This document shows positions 24,561 through 35,837 of a stretch of DNA of 64,000 nucleotides, in pieces. Below the pieces are notes generated by a model. That model searched no databases, was not told the DNA's origin, and saw nothing but the letters and a program-made list of their open reading frames with translations. The DNA lies in assembly GCA_951406725.2 (NCBI GenBank), contig OX597816.1, positions 142,166,001 through 142,230,000 of the forward strand, written 5' to 3'. The stretch is from Octopus vulgaris. Taxonomy: Eukaryota. Both the position numbers and the translations under genes were made by a program. Within the stretch, counting starts at the first letter, position 1; each line of letters starts with the position of its first letter.

Positions 24561-25899
24561 TATATCATATATGTTAGTCCATGATCCCTTATTTCTTAAT
24601 GAAGGGTAGTAAAATTCTAATCCACTTCTTAGTGGCCTAATAGTTAAGATTGTTGCTACCATTAGTATAGAAATACAAGTTTCTAGTTTGAATGTTGTTT
24701 GAGATGTGGAAGACATAAGTAAAATACTTGATGATTATCGAATGTCAAATAAATCAAAGCAATCAGTAGTCTGAATTATTATTAGACATTTAGATATTGA
24801 AGTTCATTTAAACATGGAATGATTTAAACTTTTGGTTGACTGATTTTTTTTTTTTTTACTAGGGTAAAGGTAATGCTTCTACAAATTTGAAATCATTAAA
24901 TTTTCTTTATAAATTCTTTCTTAACTAACAGAAATCCATTTTTCATGAAATTTCATATCTTAGATACAACTTCAACTTTCTATGACAATAGCAATCCATC
25001 AATCATATACTTCCAGGATTTTACCATCAGCTTTTATTTCATTTTCATATTACTTATCATTTCCAACTAGAAATATTATATTCCTCATCTAATTTTCACT
25101 TATATTTTAGACTTACTTGATTTATATTTAAATTCATGTATACTCTGCACTTTAATTTCCTAATCACCGAGTCTGGCATGATTTCAGATAAATGCATCAA
25201 AGAAGCAGCTTGTATCAGGGAAATAATTCTTTTGTGTTTAATGTTGTTATGAATTTCTAATATTCTTCCAGATATCACTAACATTATCTGTCACATTCTG
25301 TTACTTAGCAACCATGATATCTTTCTTATAGTCATCTAACGTAAAGTGTTGTCATTGTTTTATTTTATGCTCTATTATTCTTGATATATTAAACTGATAA
25401 CTATGAGTAATATTTTCTGTTATTTTTGTAATGACAAAAATAACTTAATATCAGTGGTTGTATTACATTAATATCAAGTTAAAAAGTAATTTTGCATAAT
25501 CTGTTGCTTTGATAGTTAATTTCACTTCTCAACCTGATCTTATGTTCACTTTTTTCAAAATAGGTTTGTATGTAGGTTTATTGATATGTACATGCATGGA
25601 ATTACTAGTAATGCAGAAGAATATCTATATTCTAGGCTTAGATCGGCAATGTTTCTAGAAATCAGTTAACTTGAAGAATAATAGTAGCAACTTGGAAAAT
25701 AAATTTCTAGTTCATATTCATTAATTCTCCAATGGTTTTTAAAATGACATATATTTTTGAAACATGGCACTTTATCAAATTATATACCCATATTAGTATA
25801 AAATTGAAACATTACTTCTTAATTGTGAACTGTCTCTGAGTTAATTTCATTTTCCTAGCATGTCGGCACATTGCCCAGTGGACATAGCTGCTGGCTCAA

Positions 25900-27050
25900 T
25901 CAAGTTAATTTCATTTTTCCAATGTTGCTTTTGCATTAGGCAATGCAACTACCTCCATGTGCTACTGTTTTATTGTTGTTGTTGTGCTGTTATATTTTCA
26001 ATAGTTTTATGTATTTCAACTATATGCACCTCCAAGTTCTTGAGGTGTATACAACATTGCTTTTAGGAATATAATGTTATGTTAATACTCTTAAATCTTT
26101 TTTGCATTGTTTGAGCTTGTTATTTTTAGTGTTGTTTTAGTCTTTCACCTGTTGTGTATAAAGATGTGGTGATTGTGGTCAGTATGCATTGTATTATACT
26201 GTTTCCACAGAGTAAATCCACAAAATGTGTTGTGTGAATTGTGGTATTTTATTGAGTGTCAATTGAATAGGGCATGTGACATTTACTGAGAATATACTGT
26301 TTAAGTTGTGCTGTTAAACTGAAAGTGCTTGTGGAGGATGTGAACTATATCTATCAGGATTACTTTTTGGATTATACATGTTTTCAGCTCTGATATGACT
26401 TGATTTTCATCTTTTTTTATAATTATACTTTGTACTGCAATTATTAGTTTTGGTAGTGTTTTTATTTTCCTGCTCCATTTCCTGTTTATTTCAGTTTCAA
26501 GGTCCTTTTACTTCAATGGGTTTTTCCATCACCTTTTAGTTGATGTTTTGGTTAGAAGTGGAGATTGAAATGACTATCAAAACACAGTCATTTTTGTTCC
26601 TGTTTATAATTATTACATCTGAACTGTTAACCTTGATTTCCTTGTCAGTCCTGACAGACATGTTCCAAGTGATTGTAACCAGGATCTTTTCATCTACTTC
26701 TAATCCATTTTCATACTGGAGTGCTGATATATCAAAGTATTACCAATTAGTTGCCAACTGGTGTCTGTGAATATAGATGAACCTGGCAAGACTGGGCAGC
26801 CAGATATGATGTGGTTTACTGTTACATTGTACTGTCCGCATTGGCTCAGAATCTCCTTTTGGGAAAGCTATTGGTCATGTGCAACTAAAGTTAAAGCCTC
26901 CACTTCTGCTTTTATTTCAAAGCTTTTGAGCCATTGTTGGGTTGCTCTCTGTCAAGATATGTTTGGTATTCGCTATGGAGTGGTCTAACAAGCTATATTT
27001 TATCAGACTATTGGTTATGGATTACACTTATTGACACTCAGATTTCTAAC
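25900..27050 (-). mobile_element. R4/Dong-like (RLE-type) non-LTR retrotransposon fragments
   Basis: Minus strand: EALTLVAHDQ, VNHIISGCPVL..YIHRH (CCHC), WNMSVRTDKEIKVNSSDVIII..CVLIVISI (decayed RPD..D endonuclease), LYTPQELGG (thumb); many stops. Confidence 0.7.
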
Positions 27051-29639
27051 TTTGAGTTTTATATTCTAATTATGTTCCTATGAAGTTGTCACACTCAAGG
27101 ATATATATATATATGTGTGTGTGTGTGTGTATTTATTTATATGTGTGTGTGTGTGTGTATATTTATTTATATGTGTTTGTGTGTGTTAATATAATCTGGG
27201 CAATAATCACATAATATGCATTTCAACTAAAACCATAAACTAAATAGTTCTTTTATAGAATTTGAAAAAATAATACAAGAAATTCTTGTTGACATTGAAA
27301 TTATATCAAAGTATTCCTTAACCTAAGTGGATGACTTGCAATGACAGGTTAAAATTATTGTTTGCATGCTCGTTAAAATAATTTTAATAAGTTATGTAAA
27401 TAGTTTGTTGCCCCTTAAATGGGTGGCTTCTAATAACAAGTTGAAATTGTAATAATTACTCCATGCTAATTATAATCACTTAAGAGAATGACTCATAATA
27501 ACAAATTAACATTATTATTGTTTGCAAGTGTATCAAAATGATTATTGAAAATGGTCTGTGTAGTAGATGTTAAAAAATTGGAATCATTTGTATAAGTCGA
27601 TAATAATCAAATAAATGGATGACTAATATTAACTAGTTAGCATTGTTGCAAGAATGTTTGTTCAAATGATTATAAAAATTTGTATGTTGATTATAATCCT
27701 ATAATAATTGCAAATATATGCAAACCCCCATATTAATCAAATAATGGTAATATGATGTTTGATGGAAAGTTAAGTGAAAGCATTTATCTCCAAAATCTAA
27801 GAAAAAGATACAAAATTCTCAGAAAGATGGTTAAATTTATCCTCTCAAGACAGAATTTGTAAATATGTTGAGTACTGATTACAAGTCAGTATACTTGATG
27901 AAATAGATAGAGAACTGATTGTAATATTTACAGGGATGATTAAAATAATATAATAGTTATAATAGATACAATGTGACAACATTAATCTGAGGAGGCCATA
28001 CAGTATTCAGTGTAAAGTACTTTTATGGCATATGGAAAGGTATATAGCGTTCATATAGACATGGATAATTTAATATTTTGATATATCAAAAATGTAATTT
28101 AAGATAAGCTGATGCATCTAAATAGCAGAATTATCAATTACATGTGAATTGAAATGATTGCAAAAATCTAAAAATGGAGTGTAAAATCATGTGATGAAAA
28201 TAATCTAAAAAAAAACTGCAGGTTTTTGTTAGAAAGTGCTGCTATAAGATAATATATCCTTTTGGTAGTGGGTTTAACAAATACACATCAGCAGTAAAAA
28301 AAAAAAAGCTAATGCTTAAGGAAGGGAAAATTGGACATTTCTTGAGAAAATGGAGTATGTACAAGTATTAGCATGCATCTAAGTTAGAGGATATGTAAGA
28401 GTATAATGTGTGACATGCATGTTTAAAAAGCAGAAGCAAGTAAAGAAATTAAGGCTGTAGTAAAGTATTTAATGGCCATTGGGTTTTGTGAAGTTCACTT
28501 GAAGCCAAACACCTATCCTGCCACCTTGAAAGAATAAAGATAATGGATAATTCAAAATAGATGTCTTGGATCAAAAAAGATAGCATAGCAATAAAAACAA
28601 TCCCTTGTAATTTTTTAATTTTATTTCAACCTATTGACACACTTCATCTACTGCTTGGTAAAAGCTATCTTCAGTTTTATTTTAATTTTCTTATCACTAT
28701 CACTTAAATAGATTCGAGGTTTTTATTATTATCAATATTATTAAGGTCACCTTTATTCTTTTGATGTTATTGTTATTGGTACTATTATTGTGATCTTACT
28801 TTTGTATCTGTTTTCTATTGGTACAACAATATGTGTTGCCTAGAATCCAAGCTGATTGGTAGAGAGGAATAGACAGGGTATGTTGAGGAAACTCCTAGAA
28901 AAACCAGCAGCACTTGATTGCATTCCACCTGAGGAAGCACCAACACACGGCTGTTGATGAAAAATATTCAGTTATATAGCTATTCTAAAGAATAATATTA
29001 TATAATGATATATAAATGTAAACTCAGCAACTTTAAGCTGGTGTCCAGTGCAGAAACAAATGTGATTTGTTATGAAAGCTTGCCATTTTCCATCTTCTTA
29101 TTAAATTTTCCTTATAAATGTATCTGTGTATGCATGCATACATATGCACACACACACACAAGTGAGAAATAATGTTTTGGCTTCTGATTTCATTCTTCTT
29201 TAGTACACTAATCAGTTTCACAGCTTTCCTCTCAATATATTTTTCTTGTCCCAATGTTCTGATTTTATAGTAGTATTCTGTTTGTATCAGACTCTGTCAT
29301 CCTTGCATATTCTCTTTATATCAGCTTTAGGGTATTAAGTTCAGTATGATGTTAGTAGTTTCCTGGTTTTCTAAGTTCTCCAACTTCCTTTTGATTCATG
29401 TTGGTGAAATTGTAGTTTATAACTGTGATAGCTAGCTTTCTTATTTTACATTTAGCTCTGATTTCAGTTTCTAATATTTTTCTGACTTTACTGTAGTACC
29501 ATTTTCTTATATTTTTTATTTAAGTTTTATATATTATCAGTTTATCTACTCTGAAATATTTGTATGAATATTTCCCATTTACATCCCCAATTTTGGTTTC
29601 TCTACCTAAATTATTATTTTGACTTTCATCCTCTTGACG

Positions 29640-30270
29640 TTGATGAAATATGTACCTTTTGAGTATTGGGGTTAATGTAATCAACCTGCCCCCTTTCTCC
29701 AAATTACAGAAAATAAGTACCAGTTGCATACTGGCATTGATTTAATCAACTCCACCCCATCCCCCCACCTAAAAATTTCAGGCATTGTGCCTATAGTAGA
29801 AATTATTATTATTGTTGTTGTTAAGGTACAAGCTAGCAGAATCGTTAAGACTGTGTGCAAAATGCATAGCAACATTTTATCCATCTCAACATTCTGAGTT
29901 CAAATTCCACCAAGGCCAACTTTGCCTGTCATTCTTTCAGAGTCAATAAAATAAGTATCAGTTGAGCGCTAGGTTCAATGTAATTGACTTGCTCCCTACC
30001 CCAAAATTGCTGGTCTTGTGCCAAAATTTGAAATGGTTATTATTATTGCTGTTATTGTTGTGATGGAATGACAGAATTGTTTAGAATAGTAGACAAAATA
30101 TTTTGCAGTATTTCATCTGACACTTCACATACTGAGTTCAGATCCCATTGAGGACACCTTTGATTTTCGTCCTGCAAGATTTGATAAAGTAAAGCATCAG
30201 TGAAGTACAAAGCTGATATAATCAACCTGTCTCTTCTGGTCTTGTACTACCTATGTTAAAAACAATTATT
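29640..30270 (+). mobile_element. Head-to-tail cluster of four copies or fragments of a second SINE family (ATT tail)
   Basis: Recurrent TTCTGAGTTCAAATT..., GATAAAATAAGTACCAGTTG..., TTGTGCC...GAAAnnATTATTATT units starting at ~29640, 29710, 29822, 30062. Confidence 0.8.
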
Positions 30271-30271
30271 T

Positions 30272-30745
30272 CACTGTGTAACACAATTTTTGTCCTTGGG
30301 TAGCAACTGTTATTTCCTATTTGCTTACCCCTAGAAAGTATGATAAATGGCTAATATTTCCTTCAAACTTTTGTTACATTTATTCAAACCCCAAAGAAAT
30401 CCTCTCAACACATGGCTATGTTGCTTCCCAAATACTCTTGCTCATGATCAGAAATGCACATATTGTCACACACTAATGGACATGCTCAAGTGGTTATGGT
30501 CAAGGAACTGACAAGCAAATCCAAGGTATTGAGCAGAATATTTGCTATAGCGATATTTCTGCTTCAGCAACTCAGTGCTGAATTTGTCTGAAATGTGATG
30601 GAAAATAGGTCGGTTTCAAAACCATTGATGTCCAGGTCACGAAAGCAAAGTTTGAAGGGAATAATAGTTATTTCCTTTGATTTATACACAGGAAATAACA
30701 CTTACTGAGAAAGACAAAAAAAAAATAAAATTTCGTTACACAGTG
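30272..30745. mobile_element. Tc1/mariner-like non-autonomous element
   Basis: Inverted termini CACTGTGTAAC / GTTACACAGTG with further imperfect match (ttttgtc / gacaaaa); TA TSD not cleanly preserved. Confidence 0.65.
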
Positions 30746-33162
30746 TTATTATTATGAGTTCTGCATCTGATGTCATAGAGAAATGAAAAAATAAGTTGCT
30801 AATTTGTTGGCGGTGAGGGGGGGGGCACTTCATATGACATTGTGATATTTTCTGAAATATCAGTGTAGCTCTGTAAAAGCTATTCCATGCATCATTCCAA
30901 GCACTTTTAACTTTCACATTCTGCTTAATCCTTGAGTGCCTTTCTTTGCTGCACCTGGTTATTTTTTTTCGTTTTCTCTGGTTTTGTTCTTCTGTTACAT
31001 TAACACTACAAAACAGAATAGAACTTTGAATTTGTTAACACATTCTGCCTGTTAACCATAGAAAAAAAGCATTCAAACTGCCTGAATAATATCAATTTTA
31101 ATGTCTTTTTCTAGTGTTTTGTCAGTAATGTTTTAGCTTCTATTCCAAGTCCCATTATCCATATCTTGTGATTTTATTGGGCTACTTTGAATCTAACTTA
31201 TTAGTTAATATGACTAAGGTGAAAGTTTAACATTTGCTGTATAATCTTGATTTGACTAATGCAAGAATGATATATTTATATGTTGTTTGAATTATATTTT
31301 ATTAAAACTTTTCTATTATATTCAACTACAAAACATATATTTTCAAAAGAACAGAATTATTTTGACAGCATCTTTAAACAGCTTTAATTTTGTAATTTAT
31401 TGTTGAAAATGTTATATGAATTTCAATAAAATTGAGGAACTGGGAGGTGTTTGTTTCCAAATCTTTTCAAAATCTCCTTCAGGCACAAGGTAGACAAACT
31501 TATTGTTATTTGACTTGCAAAGAGAATGAAATCATATGGCTTCAAGTGCTAACAGCAATCTTCCACCACCTTTCAACTTTTGTTTATTGAACTAGCTACA
31601 GAGAAATTCATTTTGATATATTTTATCAATTCTGTAAAGTCACATATAATACCCCTGTTCTCTCCCTACACACACGCTGAGTTAAAAGTAGAATTCGTTG
31701 CTTGGGCTGGGTTAAGATTAAAGACACCCTGATATAAAAATAAAGGATCAAAATTTGAATGCGTGTGTGTGAATGGTATCTGAAGGTGGTTGATAAATTC
31801 ATTGATCAAAACACTGAAAGAGGAAGTTATTAGGCCAGAAATCTTAATTGTACCAACAATATCTCATCTTTCAGTTATTATTTTCAATTCATTGAAATTC
31901 TCATTAAGATGATACTTGTGAATAATCAAAAGTTGATGGCTTCATAAGTTTTGCAGGAATTTGAGTGATCTGACCAAAATTTTTACCCCAGTACATATTG
32001 AGTTAATAACCAATTTCATTACTCAAATACCAATTTAGAAATTTTTTTCACTTATTGATTAGAAATTTTCCCACTCTACTCCATCCTTCTTAAGATTACT
32101 TGTAATTATGAGAGGATTTTTCAAATGCAACTTATGGTCTTACAACAGGGAGGATCTTTCAAGAATCTTGTATTTTTTTAACTAATTTAATTTGAAAAGC
32201 CTTTATTTCTTCTTGGATTTTTTTATAGGATCCTTAATTTTGGTATTGATGTCTCTGCATCTTCATTATTTCTCATAAAATCAATAGTCTTTGGATTGAT
32301 TGATGATATTTGTTTTCAATAGTCATACACACTGTTCTTTTAATTTCTTGACCTTGCAATTGCTAAATGTGTTATGGCATTAGTATATAATTAATAAAAA
32401 ACTGTGTAAACATTAAATTTTCAAATGAATACTCAGGACATTGTTTATAACAATTTCTTCTATCGAGCCTGTCTTTTACTTTTTCTTTCATTCTTGCAAA
32501 ATCCTCAATTATTTCATCATTAATAAATTGTTGACCACACAAAGGCTTAGGTATGACTAATATCTTGTAAAAATAGGAATTTTCATTTAAATATCATCTT
32601 TGAGATTGGAATGCTGGCAACAAGCTTCAGAAAATAATGTGATGAGGTTAGTTTATACTATATTAAGATTAAACAAGATAAATCCTCTAGAAAGTGGGTA
32701 TTCAAATTTACAATAAGATAGTAAACACAGAGGAAATTTGTTCTGAAAACTTTACTACAATTCAAGAGCTGTGAAGAATTTATTGAACTGAGTGCAGCTT
32801 TCAAGTTGAAATTGCAGCTTAGTAAACACACAAAATTCACTTAGGCCAGAAATATATGATATTCTATCTACATGCACAATGCTGTTATTGTATCTATATT
32901 ATAGCATGCAGTTTACGTAGCATGATGATGAATATTGTGTATAACTCAATACTCACAAAACTCTTAAAATGGAAAGACCTCTTGTAAATATAGCTAGGAA
33001 TGTGGAAAAATACATCATACAAAAACAAAACTCCTCCTCCTGCCAGACATTTTTCTGAGTTCCATCTCTAAATTGATACTTTAAAACGGTATCAGGTTGT
33101 GAAGTTTGTCTTCCCTTTTACACTGGCAGAACAATCCATTTTTTTTCCCATTTATGTTGATA

Positions 33163-33373
33163 TTAGCTCTTTTGATACCAACTTACCTGAAAGTGCTTCC
33201 TGATTTGAAGAGATCCAAATTAAAATCTCCCATTGAAATTTCATGCTAATTTATATTCCAAACACCAAGTTAATAAGGATAAAGTTATTTTTTGCTAAAT
33301 TCTTCATTATTCTCAAAGTTAATGGAATCAAAGATAGTGTATTTCAGCAGAAATATGGTAACAAAAGGGTTAA
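33163..33373. mobile_element. piggyBac-like MITE
   Basis: TTAGCTCTTTTGATACCA ... TGGTAACAAAAGGGTTAA: decayed TTAA|CCC...GGG|TTAA termini. Confidence 0.65.
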
Positions 33374-34545
33374 CATGCTTCAAATGATTTCTCTTAAAAT
33401 TTATTATTTCAATAGATCTTGAAGATGATACTAAGGTGATTACTTCAATTTTCTGTAAACTCTAAATCTCTAAAATTGCAAACCAACTACTTGTTGCTGA
33501 CCTTGTGCACGTGCAGTAGGTAGATACAGACTACAGTAACTGATGTTATATTGAATCTGTATATTTTGAAAAGAGTTATTTAAAAAAAAAATGTTTCCAT
33601 AACGATGTCATTTTTGTAAACAGAATAACAAGTGTAAATAATATTTTGTTCAGATAAATGATACATTCACTTTTTGTTCTGTGAAGTATTGTAGTTAGGT
33701 AATATCAAAGAATTTTCTTAGTTTAGTTAATGTGATTGTTATTTGTTTATTTTTGTTTCTATTTGTTCTCAATTGAACTCCAGGGATTAGCAGCCTTCAG
33801 AGATTAAGTACCAAAGATTGGTTGGTGTAATGAGAATAATTTTTTTCTATTGCTTATGATATAAAGTAATCTGTGGCTGTTCTACAAATAAAGAAGATAT
33901 GTGATCTTTTCATTGGAACAGATCATTGTGATTATCAGTTACATTGTTTGTTTATTATTAGGGTTTGGGGAATTGAAAAACTATATGAATAGATTACCAA
34001 GTATTGATTAACTTATTAACCTTATGGTGCTTTTTTCTCTGCATGATAAATTTCAATGTGTATGCTGTCTGATCACTTTTACATGCCATAATTTAAAATA
34101 TACATATCTTTGTCTTCGAAACATGTTTTTTAAGACCCATGGGGTTTTAAATGACAGTTCTTAGCTCTGGGTCTCTCCCTGGATAGGATATTTTATGAAA
34201 CATCTCCAGAATATCTCATTCTGTATTGCATAGTTACTGAGACATAAATTCAATATAAATTCCTGCTACACATTAAAAATATCTGTAATGTGATTGTACT
34301 CAAAAACTTTAAGATGGTATTCCAGTCTGCCAGTTTCCGTCTACATTTATGTTTGATATACTATCAGACTCAACTGGCAGACAAAGGTGATCCAAGCATA
34401 TTTTTGTAGACTATAAATTGTGTTAAATTTCAACGAGTCTGTAGGGAATGCCTCAATATCGCATACAATCTATCTAGAACATGGATAATTTCAATGCCAC
34501 CTCTCTCTCTCTTTATATGTGTGTGTGTATATATATATATATATA

Positions 34546-34740
34546 GGGAGAGTTTACAAAAAAAAAGAAAAGACGAAGACAGGTGTTGTACAAAACAAAC
34601 AGATGTATTAGTATAATGCTCAGGAATAGAAAAAGTCTTTCACATTTCGAGCCTACACTCTTCTACAGAAAGGGACACAGAAAAAAAACAAGGAGAGAAA
34701 AAAAATGTGTGCAGTGGCTAACGATTTATCATGGCGACTG
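34546..34740 (-). mobile_element. Short TA-microsatellite-embedded repeat, probable Penelope pLTR fragment with hammerhead-like motif
   Basis: Homologous to 42071-42240; both lie next to (TA)n; minus strand CTTT-CTGTAGA-A-GAG..CTC-GAAATGTG-AAAG. Confidence 0.6.
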
Positions 34741-34751
34741 ATATATGTGTG

Positions 34752-34785
<34 letters not shown>

Positions 34786-34866
34786 AAGACACATACAGGC
34801 ATATACAGTTATACATATATATAGATATGCACATACTTGTATATGTATGTATATATATATATAGGA

Positions 34867-34943
<77 letters not shown>

Positions 34944-35202
34944 CATATAAATATATAGATATATTTATACATATATAAATATATATATATAGATATATTT
35001 ATACATATATAATTATATATATATATACATGTATATAATTATATATATATACATTTATACATATATAATTATATATATATATACATTTATACATATATAA
35101 TTATATATATAGATATATATAGATATATTTATACATATATAAATATATATATATACATATATTTATACATATATAAATATATATATATACATATATTTAT
35201 AC

Positions 35203-35257
<55 letters not shown>
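34741..35257. repeat. (TA)n microsatellite and derived ~30-bp AT minisatellite
   Basis: Direct reading; unit approximately ATATATATAGATATATTTATACATATATAA. Confidence 0.95.
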
Positions 35258-35258
<1 letters not shown>

Positions 35259-35780
35259 CATCCTTTTCTTCCACTATTCTATCCTATTAATCTATCACAC
35301 TCTCTCCCTCACTCCTCCTCCCTTGTTGCTCATGTGGCTCCCACATGATATCAGACATCTTTCTTTCTTTCTCTCTGTTGTAGCTGGAACAAGGAAGATG
35401 TGTTCTTGTTTGTCTCCTGTTCATGTGTTTGCCACCACAACCTCGTTTAGGCTTCGCAGCCCTTCCTCTTTGTTTTCACTGTCCTGGTTTTGTTACCTGT
35501 TTTGACCCTCTGCAAAATCCCAAATTTTTAAATAAACTATTTTATCAAAAGTGTATATTGTTGTTAAATGCTTGAAATACGAGTCTAGAAAAACAGCCAA
35601 CAACTGATGAAGGGTCGTTTTTTTTTTATGTTGTTTGTTTTGCTTTCCATTTGTGTGTTTCATTGTTCGAAAGAATAGTTCATGTTCCATGTACTCATGC
35701 TTTGTACTTTTTTGTTGTACACATTTCATGAGGTTCTGTGCCCACATATGAATATATATCTATATATGTATACGTATGTA

Positions 35781-35837
<57 letters not shown>

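Noticed and set aside
31430-31570. AQGRQ..W peptide as an alternative discoidin exon
   Set aside because: No AW, DLG/NLG or EYV motifs, wrong spacing, no suitable splice sites
34950-35257. CRISPR-like regularly spaced repeats
   Set aside because: Eukaryotic AT minisatellite with no unique spacers or cas genes
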